64,000 bases of DNA. Origin: Candidatus Thorarchaeota archaeon (GTDB taxonomy: Archaea; Asgardarchaeota; Thorarchaeia; Thorarchaeales; Thorarchaeaceae). Below, piece after piece: positions 28,801 to 37,482 of this stretch (its first letter is position 1; every line of letters starts with the position of its first letter). The notes under the pieces were generated by a model, which was given only the letters and a program-made list of their open reading frames with translations, did not search any database and was not told where the DNA came from. Where the stretch lies: positions 64,001 to 128,000 of the forward strand of contig JAWOEX010000021.1 of NCBI GenBank assembly GCA_046482545.1. Direction: 5' to 3'. Position numbers and translations under genes: made by a program.

Positions 28801-29728
28801 ATGAAATGTCACAGTCCATTTCCACAGGAGCCGAGGGAATTGATTCAATCCCAATTTCCATGGTGTACTCTCCATCCAATCTCTTTGGCAGCCAGAAATG
28901 GAGTGGGACGAGTTCGTCTACAAAGTCAGGATCCCGCTGATATCGAGTTTGAAGGGCGAGAGAATAATCAATTACAACACCATTCGGGTCAATCAGCTTG
29001 TGGGTGAAATAATCAGTGCCCGCCCAATCAAATGAACCATATAGCCATCCAGCATCGGTTGGGGGAGTAAATGGAATGCTAGCACCGCTACTTGGTGAAA
29101 CTGTTGCAGATGTGTTATAGGATTGAGGGCTAGAACCATCCAATGAATGAGTTGAAGTTCCAGACGTTGTATTCAGGTTAGGCATAGCATCATTAGCAAT
29201 CCCAATGACAACTGCATCTGAAGACGTCCAGTCTGATAGCGCAAGCTGGGCAGCAATCTCAGCCGATGAATCACCTTCGATATGAGGGAATATCTCTTTA
29301 CCGAACGAGTCTCGGAGAGCCATGCTTTCCTGAATCGAATAATCGCCAATTGTAAGGAGTTGTTCTAATCCTCCATCAACTGACAGGTAATCCGCCCAAT
29401 CATCTATCAGCCAATCCTGTGAATCTGAACTTGACGATAAGATTACGGGCGATACATACTTGGTTCCGTCATAGTTGAATACGCTAGTTGGTACGGCTGC
29501 CATGTAAGAAAACTCATCGATGTATGAATTCGAATCAGGAGATACGAATACCGCACGACGCAATGCGGTGGAATTCTGTTCCTGAGCATTCGATGTAGCG
29601 AATTCTGCAGCTGCTTCTGATTGCGTCGAATACAAAACTCGAAATGAGGCGGCAAACGGTAGGAATAAGATGCTCAAGAGAAAAATGGTTGCAATCAATG
29701 AACGAGGTGCCTTCTTTCGATCGAGCAA
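25895..29728 (-). CDS. Large secreted/membrane-anchored surface protein with putative C25 (gingipain/caspase-fold) peptidase domain
   Basis: Signal peptide; cell-wall-binding-2-like segments (SSAEIAAQLA, AAVLASLMNAPLLYT); STHGT...ITACLLG...YILFGDP; C-terminal TM plus basic/acidic tail. Confidence 0.6.
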   Translation of the reverse strand: MLDRKKAPRSLIATIFLLSILFLPFAASFRVLYSTQSEAAAEFATSNAQEQNSTALRRAVFVSPDSNSYIDEFSYMAAVPTSVFNYDGTKYVSPVILSSSSDSQDWLIDDWADYLSVDGGLEQLLTIGDYSIQESMALRDSFGKEIFPHIEGDSSAEIAAQLALSDWTSSDAVVIGIANDAMPNLNTTSGTSTHSLDGSSPQSYNTSATVSPSSGASIPFTPPTDAGWLYGSFDWAGTDYFTHKLIDPNGVVIDYSLALQTRYQRDPDFVDELVPLHFWLPKRLDGEYTMEIGIESIPSAPVEMDCDISYYPGFSQEITVPPNTKWLNLTADWDNAGTNINLALMDPSGRMVQWAPAGSLLSGAGLNSIEIPYPRAGSWKAVGAWMDPNGETNNIELNWQTEKLQTNPDVYFESAANAAVLASLMNAPLLYTEEQSVPAVTLNALNRLDSDVVFLVDPYDVHSAEVESQLESTGILTVLENHPMVSDCIKNLSKNNDIVATVPRGTGNEFYPAAALSGAFHGAPVFSLCGEDNAVTTMAESTWAPYKIGPEIEIYVTSRYSTRTENGWYDDRIPNMYTMRRNVDTFESFLDERGAYNSSVGQSAVIISPINLIKPSFDRSLQTHFSPGRIPARNAELASVMISKAILHRFLFHTAESSDDTLLSLYAYTDGASYSDNFGNIHDIYQVEDTQSPLENMGFNTRMHVGVNEVFDSIASQVSLWALSTHGTLTRYPADPPARPNGVGYFSLRDADSPYGFEESVSNRESDEDNDRLVNPVAFPSEKAHHVMRTTDELSRAIDNIGSPIVFITACLLGGSKLPVTLMEHGAVGVMASPRTVYFRAAGLLSTLVIESLANGSATGNALTSALHAVSMDYSNHLNGNPVDYANQYILFGDPGINLYEPDSTPRIASSDPSSENYDGHTPGRGIPSVAVLGHTNYIPATLNELAIEHEFYSESNSSDFMWLLNLRRSVLIEPASLALFSDWMPQYTNEILDYVYYGGSLIIMGIDGNATWLPWSFSFSDRLAGSQFTLAEPQHPLITSPNSLGENITHLGTFTSYESNLTVLAGTENYPVLLAGVDGFGKVALTTLSPTGNSKSAFLENAALWYQQPSLMLTRIGLSQEIIWEGDRVTISFFITDRNGNAVSDAEVQARIGSIQVEARAAGTGTYEIVLDEKWTANRTGYYDLILNARKTGYDTLTLQFNDYLYIRPSPWLAVTIVGIGALVILGAWSYRKRRKGEKIIDLGGDTYSPPKNRKTKKEQEEEDEEFDIREFFGVE

Positions 29729-29868
29729 TCTAAGGGATCTCCTTTCTTCAAGTACTCGGATTTGCCCGACTACAAATAGCCTTTTCCCAACTGGCCTGAA
29801 AGAATACTTCCATGTTGAGTGAAATCAGACATTATTCTCAATAGAGGCGTTTTGGTCATATTTTGTCC

Positions 29869-30717
29869 TTAGATACCGGGTACTTCCCCGAAATCGTCAT
29901 CATCTTCTTCTTCGTCCGGAAGGGCGTCAAACACCGCATCGGTTCTCTTCCTTAATCGACGACGAGTTGCTTTCGGTATGTCCCAATACTTGCTCTCGGC
30001 CCTCTCGATAACTTCACGTGTAATCTCATATAGTTCGGCCTCGAAATAGTTCTCCGAGGCTTCTACGAAGTATTCAGCCGATTTCTTCTGGTTATTCTGT
30101 AGTTCGCAAATATCACCCAAGAGCGAAAGGGCATCTCCAATCCCGGCCTTGTCATCAATTTCTTCATAGATCTTCAGAGCTTTCTTGAACTCCCGCTCCG
30201 CCTTGTCCCACTCTTCTTGATCTGCCCTAGCATTACCCAAATCCATTCTGACGCTTGCCATGCCCTGCTTATTGTCCAAGTCTTTGTATATGCGCTTGGC
30301 TTTTCTGAACAGGCTAATAGCTTCATCAAATTCATCAAGACCAAGCTTGGTCAATGCAAGAGCATACATCGCATCAGCAGTTCCACTTTCATCTGAAGCT
30401 TGTTCGAACATATCAATTGCAGATTCGAGGGTCTTTTCGGAGGCTTCCAGCTCTTCATTGTTCATCTGGGCCACGCCGAGGTTGTACAACGCATCACCCC
30501 GCCCCTCTTTATCTCCCAGACTCTCGAAAATCTCAAGTGCCTGCCCGAAGCCATTGAGAGCCTCGTCAAATTCACCGATGCTCATGTAATAGTTACCGGC
30601 CGTATTGAAAGCGCGAGCTGCTAATTCTTCTTCCCCCGCCTCCTTTGCAGCCCTAGCCCGTTCCATCAGTTGTACCGGATCAAAGTCCGCGTCTTCTTCG
30701 CTCATGAGGCTCACCAT
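29869..30717 (-). CDS. Tetratricopeptide-repeat protein
   Basis: Repeats of A..LYNLG......A.......A.... Confidence 0.88.
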   Translation of the reverse strand: MVSLMSEEDADFDPVQLMERARAAKEAGEEELAARAFNTAGNYYMSIGEFDEALNGFGQALEIFESLGDKEGRGDALYNLGVAQMNNEELEASEKTLESAIDMFEQASDESGTADAMYALALTKLGLDEFDEAISLFRKAKRIYKDLDNKQGMASVRMDLGNARADQEEWDKAEREFKKALKIYEEIDDKAGIGDALSLLGDICELQNNQKKSAEYFVEASENYFEAELYEITREVIERAESKYWDIPKATRRRLRKRTDAVFDALPDEEEDDDDFGEVPGI

Positions 30718-30772
30718 TCAACTCATAGATTCAGAGGATTTGACTTACTTTTGATTCTTTCTGATTGTAGTT

Positions 30773-31477
30773 CTAGCTAGACTGCATAACTAGAACCGGG
30801 TTTTCAAGCAATGGTTGGAGTGAGTCTTCCACCACAAACCGCTTGTCCCCGACATCCACTTCAAGGAGTTTTCTCAGCTCAAATCTGCGAAGATGGCCAA
30901 CTGCTTGTTCGCGCGATATGTTCAAATCAGACATAAGTCCCTGCAGACCATCGTCCGCACCACTATATTCAGCGAACTTTGCAAAAATTTCGCTCCACTG
31001 CATCATTGATAAGTAGAGCAGAGTACGTAGAGCATTTTCTACGTTCTTGCCCGTCCTTGCGGAACACGGAATAACCGGAAGTCCGGCTAGAAATTTCATG
31101 CTTTTCCGCAGTCCATCTACTCGTCTCGCTTCTTCCAAGTCTTGTTTGTTGGCAGCAACAACACAGGGTACACCTGGAAGAAAAAACGCAATTTCCCTGA
31201 AGAAGAGCTTCGCCCTGGCATCCGCTTCAGAGTCAACACTGTCGACCACAAAGATGATGCCATCTGCCCCCGAACTGAGAATCTTCCTCATTGTGCGAAA
31301 TCGCAACAGCCCGGGTGTTCCGAAGAGGAAGACAGGGATTTCAGAAATCTCGACTGTTGCATGATCCATAGCTATTGTAGTACCCCTTCGTTCAATATTG
31401 ATACAATTGCCATCGCTTAGGTTGTGAATGAGTTTACTTTTCCCAGTAGAATGGCTACCCGTAACGACGATTTTCAT
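30773..31477 (-). CDS. Small GTPase (ATP_bind_1/MglA-like) with C-terminal winged-helix-like extension
   Basis: GSHSTGKS, TTIAMDH, FGTPG, DGIIFVVDS, NKQD, CSA. Confidence 0.85.
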   Translation of the reverse strand: MKIVVTGSHSTGKSKLIHNLSDGNCINIERRGTTIAMDHATVEISEIPVFLFGTPGLLRFRTMRKILSSGADGIIFVVDSVDSEADARAKLFFREIAFFLPGVPCVVAANKQDLEEARRVDGLRKSMKFLAGLPVIPCSARTGKNVENALRTLLYLSMMQWSEIFAKFAEYSGADDGLQGLMSDLNISREQAVGHLRRFELRKLLEVDVGDKRFVVEDSLQPLLENPVLVMQSS

Positions 31478-31497
31478 TTTGAATTTGCACCTATGTG

Positions 31498-31562
31498 TGG
31501 AACGAATTTCGTCCCAGCCATATGGAACGAACTTCGCCGTTAACTGAGTGGAACAGACTTCA
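31498..31562. promoter_or_regulatory. Three 14-bp imperfect direct repeats upstream of the GTPase-TPR operon
   Basis: TGGAACGAATTTCG (31498), TGGAACGAACTTCG (31523), TGGAACAGACTTCA (31549). Confidence 0.55.
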
Positions 31563-32116
31563 CAATTAAATCATTTGTCGTTGGCTAGGGGAATTCGGGA
31601 CGAAAAATCCAGATGAGATGAGCAGTCTGTCGAAGGCAATGTCGATAATTGTCATACCTATTAACAAAGCAGTTATATCGTCAAAACACGTATTTTTATG
31701 TGTAATATCACTTGGAGTGAAATCTGAATGGCACAAGTTAAGAAAGATATGAAGCACGACTTCTGGTTGTTTCATGATGCAGAAGTGCAGGAGATTCTTG
31801 AGCTGCGAAAGTTCATACCTCCCCAGCTTGATACGGAGTCGCTTGACGGCATAGACAAGCTCTTCGACGAACTTAACCATCTGTTAGATTGAAATCAGCC
31901 CAGTTGGGTATGATTCAAAACTGGTGTACTCCCAGACGGTCAACTCGGACACAACTCAGTAGCTATTTCTTCCCAGTTATCGGCACGAGATGTGAACTCC
32001 CCGTCTCTGTTCTTGCCATCGATAGACGGTAACAAAGAGTATAGGAACTCTATCTCAAAAATGACGCTTCATAAGCCTTATAGCATGACTTACATCAGCT
32101 TTAGATTGAGTAGGTT

Positions 32117-33571
32117 TTGGTCACTTTGAATGCGGAGAAGGTCGGCAATCTCACGTACGAAATCCCAAAGGGTACACAGGACTGCATGAAAGTTCCGGTG
32201 CGAATCTATGCATCAAGTCAGTTAATCCAGCAGATTCGCGGAGATAAGACACTAAATCAGGCCACAAATGTGGCGTGTCTCCCGGGAATTTACAAACACA
32301 GTACGGTATTGCCTGATGGTCACCAAGGGTACGGGTTCCCGATTGGCGGAGTTGCAGCATTGGATTATGAAGAGGGTGTTGTATCCCCAGGTGGAGTCGG
32401 ATATGATATCAACTGTGGTGTTCGGGTTCTCAGGACAAATATGGATGAGAAAGATGTGCGCCCAAAAATCAATGCCCTCATCAATCGGCTCTATTCTGAT
32501 GTTCCTACTGGTGTTGGTCGAAAGGGAAAAATCCGACTAGATACAGACAGAGAAATCGATAATGTACTTGAAGGCGGCGCCGAATGGGCTGTGGAAAACG
32601 GCTTTGGCTGGGAGGGAGATCTAAAGCATACGGAAGCCAATGGAAATCTCGAAATGGCCGATGCCAGTAAGGTATCCGACCACGCCAAGGGCAGAGGAAA
32701 GCCCCAAGTCGGAACCCTCGGCTCGGGTAATCACTTCCTGGAGATACAGCGAGTTGACCAAATCTACAATGAGGAAGCTGCTAAAGCGATGGGCATAACA
32801 CGAGAAGGGCAAGTCACCATTATGATTCATAGCGGATCAAGAGGCTTCGGACACCAAGTTTGTAGTGATTACATAAAGAACATGACCAGAGCCATGAAGA
32901 AGTACAACATTGATGTCCCCGATAGACAGCTCTGTAGTGCACCAGTCACCTCACCAGAAGGACAAGCGTATCTGGGTGCTATGGCTGCAGCAGCTAATTA
33001 CGCTTGGGCCAACAGACAGGCCATGATGCACTGGACGCGCGAAGCATTTTCAAAAGTACTGGGAAATACTCCCGAAGATATGGATATGCATCTGATATAC
33101 GATGTTGCCCATAACATGGCGAAAATAGAGGAACACGAAATCGACGGGAAGACTCGGAAGGTCGTCGTGCACAGAAAAGGTGCAACCCGTGCATTCCCGC
33201 CACATCATGAAGAAACACCCACCGCATACAAGCAGATTGGACAGCCCGTGCTCATCCCTGGAACCATGGGCACTGCATCCTATGTGCTTGTTGGTGATCA
33301 GCAAGGCATGGAACTCAGTTTTGGTTCAACAGCTCATGGCGCAGGTCGAATCATGAGCAGAACACAGGCAAAGCGAGACTTCTATGGCCGAGATGTTCAG
33401 CGAAGACTGGGCGGCGAGGGTATCGTGATTAAGGCGCAGAAGGGTGCGGTCATAGCTGAGGAGAGCCCGGGAGCTTACAAGGACGTAGACGAAGTCGTTC
33501 GAGTCTCAGATGAACTAGGAATAGCTACCAAAGTTCTTAGATTGACTCCAATGGGTGTCATCAAGGGCTAG
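32117..33571 (+). CDS. rtcB: tRNA-splicing ligase RtcB
   Basis: PDGHQGYGFPIGG, GYDINCG, GTLGSGNHFLE, HSGSRG, HRKGAT, STAHGAGR. Confidence 0.97.
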   Translation: MVTLNAEKVGNLTYEIPKGTQDCMKVPVRIYASSQLIQQIRGDKTLNQATNVACLPGIYKHSTVLPDGHQGYGFPIGGVAALDYEEGVVSPGGVGYDINCGVRVLRTNMDEKDVRPKINALINRLYSDVPTGVGRKGKIRLDTDREIDNVLEGGAEWAVENGFGWEGDLKHTEANGNLEMADASKVSDHAKGRGKPQVGTLGSGNHFLEIQRVDQIYNEEAAKAMGITREGQVTIMIHSGSRGFGHQVCSDYIKNMTRAMKKYNIDVPDRQLCSAPVTSPEGQAYLGAMAAAANYAWANRQAMMHWTREAFSKVLGNTPEDMDMHLIYDVAHNMAKIEEHEIDGKTRKVVVHRKGATRAFPPHHEETPTAYKQIGQPVLIPGTMGTASYVLVGDQQGMELSFGSTAHGAGRIMSRTQAKRDFYGRDVQRRLGGEGIVIKAQKGAVIAEESPGAYKDVDEVVRVSDELGIATKVLRLTPMGVIKG

Positions 33572-34482
33572 AGTTTAGCTTGTGACGAGCTGCCTTTGCT
33601 AGCAACTTCGACAAGAACAAGAGCAACACCAAAAAGAATAGTACAAAACCATAGGGCAGTAGTGGGATGGGGGGTTTCGCCTAGGAATAGCATGGCAAGA
33701 ATGGTGGCACCAATCGGCTCACCGAGTACTGCTGCTGAAACAACATAGGCAGGCACAAGGGTCAGCAGATAGTTGTTCACAGAATGACCAAGAGCGGTGG
33801 GGAAGATAGCCAAAGCGAGAAAGAGGATTACTTCGGTCGGCTCCAGTATCAAGATATCTACGCCTGCAAGAAACGAGAAGATGAGTGTTACAATGGCTGC
33901 TGTGAAGTATACAACCGAGGTGTAGACTGAAACAGGCAAGCCTCTGGCATATTTGCGTCCACCTATGAAATAGAGAGCAAGGAAAACAGCGCCAAATAAA
34001 GCTAGAAGATCTCCAAGTAATGCACTCCCGCCAACCAATTCGAAGTCGTTCCAAGCGAGCATAACTGCACCAACTACAGCTATGACTATTCCAGCCCACG
34101 ACTTCTTGCCAAGTTTTTCATTCAAGACAAAAGTGGAGAGAATGGCTGTGAATATCGGTGCTGAATCAACGAGAACAACGCTGGCGGCCACTGTGGTTAG
34201 AAACAATGACGTGAACCAAGTCGAAAAGTGAAGGCTTAGCACAACTCCGATGATAACGAGCCACTTCCAGGTTTTTTTCATTTTGTCGCTCTGATATTCT
34301 GCTGTCTCACCCCTGAAAACAGCCAATCCTGCCATGAGGATGGAGCCATAGAGTGTTCGCCAGAAAACGATGGCCAACGGTGGTGAAGTGCTAAATCTAA
34401 TCAGGATGCTGGCACTCGAAACCATTGAAACTGATAACACCAGAAGGAGAACTATCCTGACAACATCTCTTTCCTCCCTCAC
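33568..34482 (-). CDS. DMT/EamA family transporter
   Basis: About 10 TM helices in two EamA repeats; GDLLALFGA, EPIGAT. Confidence 0.9.
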   Translation of the reverse strand: MREERDVVRIVLLLVLSVSMVSSASILIRFSTSPPLAIVFWRTLYGSILMAGLAVFRGETAEYQSDKMKKTWKWLVIIGVVLSLHFSTWFTSLFLTTVAASVVLVDSAPIFTAILSTFVLNEKLGKKSWAGIVIAVVGAVMLAWNDFELVGGSALLGDLLALFGAVFLALYFIGGRKYARGLPVSVYTSVVYFTAAIVTLIFSFLAGVDILILEPTEVILFLALAIFPTALGHSVNNYLLTLVPAYVVSAAVLGEPIGATILAMLFLGETPHPTTALWFCTILFGVALVLVEVASKGSSSQAKL

Positions 34483-34494
34483 AAAATCACAACC

Positions 34495-34989
34495 TTACAC
34501 CGTTAATTTGGCACCACATTTCACGCAATGGCTCTTATTCTCTGTAATGCTTGCGACTTCAGAGCTACATGAACTACAACGCTTGATTACAAGATTGTGT
34601 AAATTGAGTCTCCCTAAAACAGTCCGAACTTCTTCTAAATCACCATATTGGAAAAGGGCAGTTCCGCTTGCTCCTGAAACCATATATGATAGGGGCTTGG
34701 CATCGCTATGGCGGAATAGAAGCAAGGGTTTTCCAAGTTCTATCGCCAGCATGAGTTCCATACCAACACCATGTGATGCACTCGAAACCTCAGCAATTAC
34801 AAAATTCGCTGCCCGGACCTTTCGAATATCCCTTTGAAATATCTCAGTAGGTTCAGCTGGGCCAAGAAATTGGGGGGCAAAGACATCTATTTCTGCATCG
34901 CGCAGAATATCAACTATGCTCTCATAGAAACCGTCCTTTCGACTGTCTTCGTCAATGATGGGACCAGAAAGGTAACAAAGAGTCGTCGT
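34495..34989 (-). CDS. Nucleoside 2-deoxyribosyltransferase / DNPH1-like N-glycosidase with C-terminal zinc ribbon; no canonical in-frame start
   Basis: Frame of ORF 34495..34761 extends upstream: TTTLCYLSGPI...EIFQRDIRKVRAANFVIAEVSSASHGVGMEL..A.ELGKP; C-terminal CSSC...CVKC. Confidence 0.75.
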   Translation of the reverse strand, partial: TTTLCYLSGPIIDEDSRKDGFYESIVDILRDAEIDVFAPQFLGPAEPTEIFQRDIRKVRAANFVIAEVSSASHGVGMELMLAIELGKPLLLFRHSDAKPLSYMVSGASGTALFQYGDLEEVRTVLGRLNLHNLVIKRCSSCSSEVASITENKSHCVKCGAKLTV

Positions 34990-35027
34990 AGGTCATCTCC
35001 ACGGCAGCTATTTCTAGAAGGTTGTAA

Positions 35028-35396
35028 TCAATCCTCGCTATTTCGAGTTGTATCTAAGATTTCCGAAAGCTCAGGCAAACCTTCATCACTTTCTAGAACT
35101 TCATAGCTACCAGACCGGCCTAGCGAAATCTGAATCTTTCCTTTGTACTGCTTTGCCCACCCATCCGAAATCTGTAGTACCTTTCCAGCCTTGATGTCGG
35201 AACCCTCTCCAAAGCCCCACAATGTGAACACAGCGGTTCCAGTCTCATCGCCCACCAAAACCTCGGTCAATTGCGTCTTCCGGCCGCTTCGCGTTCTTAT
35301 AATCCGAGCTGGCGCTACAGATACAACACGGACAGTCAATTCGGGTATACCGCTTTGGGGTTCAACATCCTCAACTTTCATCTTTGGTCTGTCCAC
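35028..35396 (-). CDS. ssb: Single-OB-fold ssDNA-binding protein
   Basis: VLVGDETGTAVFTLWG...IKAGKVLQISDGWAKQYKGKIQISLGRSG. Confidence 0.88.
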   Translation of the reverse strand: MDRPKMKVEDVEPQSGIPELTVRVVSVAPARIIRTRSGRKTQLTEVLVGDETGTAVFTLWGFGEGSDIKAGKVLQISDGWAKQYKGKIQISLGRSGSYEVLESDEGLPELSEILDTTRNSED

Positions 35397-35504
35397 TTAT
35401 CTCTATTCAGGGGGTGCATAAATCAGTGTTACGAGAGACACATAAATGTGCTCTTGAACAAAGCGGGTTGCACGAATTCCAATCGGATAACCATAAGCTC
35501 TAGA

Positions 35505-37337
35505 TTATATCTCTTCCAGTTCCTCGTTATCTTCTTCTTTACTGCCTCTTTTCGCTAGTTTCTTCCGGTCTTTTCGTGCTTTTTCATTCTCTTTCTTAGA
35601 ATTCATCTCGCCAAAGATTTCTTCCATTTCACGGATAGATTCTGAATCAGGGTCTACTGGAGTGGAGGGTTCTTCATCGCACTCCACAGAGTTGGTCATA
35701 CACTCAATCTCGCCAAGAACGAATTCAAGCTCTTGCCTGACATCTTCCCCAAGTTCAGCTGTGGTTTCCTCTTCGTCTTCTTTCGGCAATGTTTCATTAC
35801 TGGAAAAAGCCTCGAGAGCCGCATCAATTTCTTCTCCAGTAGCTGTTTCTAAATCTGAAGCAACAATGTCATCAGCATCAAGAGCTTCTGAAATGATTTC
35901 TTTTGCCATTTCACGTCCGTTCTCAACCGTCTGTTTCTGTCTGATCTGATGATAATCTAGGACACCAGTCTCCCACTCTGCCTTCCCTACAATTGCTGTT
36001 TCTCCTTGTTCTTTAGCTTCAACCATTTCCGATTCCAATTGCCATTTTATATCGATTTGCTCTGCTGTCTGCTCATCAGAAATGGGTGCTTGCTCTGCAG
36101 TAGTCTCTAATGAAAATGCAGTGGCCTCTTTTTGTTCGGAACCTTTCTGCTCAATGGAAATCGCTTGGTCTTCCACAGTCGCTTCAGCGGTTTTCTCAGA
36201 AACATCCGTCCGGGTTGGAATCTCCGTTTCTGTTGATATATCTGAAACAGACTCTTCTTCCGGTGTATCTTCTTCGACAACTTCGACGACTTCTTCTATA
36301 ACCTCATACTCCCCGTCACTTTCTTCTACAACTCGCCCTTCTTCATCAACAAGAACCGTCTCCACAACCTCAAGCTCTTCTTCCTCCTCTTCCTCCTCTT
36401 CCTTCTTTTCCTCCTCTATCTCTCGGATTACCTCGCTGGGTTCTGCATCCACAAAGGTGAGTACTTCTGAAGGTGGTAGGTCGGGTACAGATACACCGAC
36501 AAACTGCGCAGCTGCATTCATAAGAAGCCTTAGCATTTCTTCGCGACGATCCTTATCTATGGCAACCATTGGATAGGTTGGCACCCCAAGTATTTTCTGA
36601 ATCACACCAGGCTTCATCGCCTTGGGTTTGTCCTGCTTGTTGGCTATAGCAAAAATAGGAACTTTGGGGGCATCACGGCGAATCATCTTGAGTATATCTT
36701 TGCTGATGATAACATTTCTCAGAGTAGAATCACAGACAAGGAAAATCACATCAGCACCATGGAAGTAGAACTTCCATAGCTTTCTGAATCTCTCCTGACC
36801 CGCGAAGTCCCACAAAACAAGGCTGTAGTTTCCGAAACGAATGTTTTCAACAGTTTCAAGATTGAGCGCGATTGTTGGAACATATTGCAGCGGAGGGGTA
36901 TCGCCTAGGAGGAGATGGAGGGTTGTGGTTTTTCCTACACCACCCTCCCCAACTAGTGCTATCTTCAACCGCGTCGTAACGGCGTCCTGGATGAGCTCTT
37001 CATAATTGTCAACAATGAATCGTAGACCTTTGTCGAGGTTCTTGGTGAGTATCTTCGAGGCTTCATTAATTCGATCTCGAATATTTCCTTCATCCTCTGA
37101 TTCATCAGTTGCAAATATTAGAAGCAGGTCAGAATCGATTTCTGAGGCCATGAATTTGTCATTGCCTATACTTAGAGGCAGTTCTGGGGTCAGCTCTGTA
37201 CCTGATTGCTTTTGAATTTCTTCACGGGTGTCAATGAATGATTCTATCTGCTCGGTTTTCACTTCTACCGGCCAATAACTTGAATGGGCAATGATTTCGC
37301 CTGCAGGCTTCTTGACTAGGTATGTATTGTGAATCAC
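35505..37337 (-). CDS. Arf/Rab-like small GTPase with N-terminal longin/roadblock-like domain and very long acidic tail
   Basis: GEGGVGKTT, YVPTI, WDFAGQERF, NKQD; ~120-aa N-terminal alpha/beta domain; ~310-aa Glu-rich C-terminus. Confidence 0.85.
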   Translation of the reverse strand: MIHNTYLVKKPAGEIIAHSSYWPVEVKTEQIESFIDTREEIQKQSGTELTPELPLSIGNDKFMASEIDSDLLLIFATDESEDEGNIRDRINEASKILTKNLDKGLRFIVDNYEELIQDAVTTRLKIALVGEGGVGKTTTLHLLLGDTPPLQYVPTIALNLETVENIRFGNYSLVLWDFAGQERFRKLWKFYFHGADVIFLVCDSTLRNVIISKDILKMIRRDAPKVPIFAIANKQDKPKAMKPGVIQKILGVPTYPMVAIDKDRREEMLRLLMNAAAQFVGVSVPDLPPSEVLTFVDAEPSEVIREIEEEKKEEEEEEEEELEVVETVLVDEEGRVVEESDGEYEVIEEVVEVVEEDTPEEESVSDISTETEIPTRTDVSEKTAEATVEDQAISIEQKGSEQKEATAFSLETTAEQAPISDEQTAEQIDIKWQLESEMVEAKEQGETAIVGKAEWETGVLDYHQIRQKQTVENGREMAKEIISEALDADDIVASDLETATGEEIDAALEAFSSNETLPKEDEEETTAELGEDVRQELEFVLGEIECMTNSVECDEEPSTPVDPDSESIREMEEIFGEMNSKKENEKARKDRKKLAKRGSKEEDNEELEEI

Positions 37338-37482
37338 TACTCATCACCGCTTGACAGGGTTGTCTTTACCGGACATTACTATCATCTTTCTGAGGACCAA
37401 ATTAAGTCTTGGTTGTCTATTGTAAGCTTATTCTAGTGGTACTAATATCACCTATGTAAGATTATAGTCTGAGGTAGTCGTA

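Noticed and set aside
31566-31880. 104-aa minus-strand ORF
   Set aside because: No motif or SD and atypical composition; cannot be supported as a gene.
36082-36576. Ser-rich + strand ORF and similar antisense ORFs throughout the track
   Set aside because: Shadow of Glu-rich codons on the opposite coding strand.
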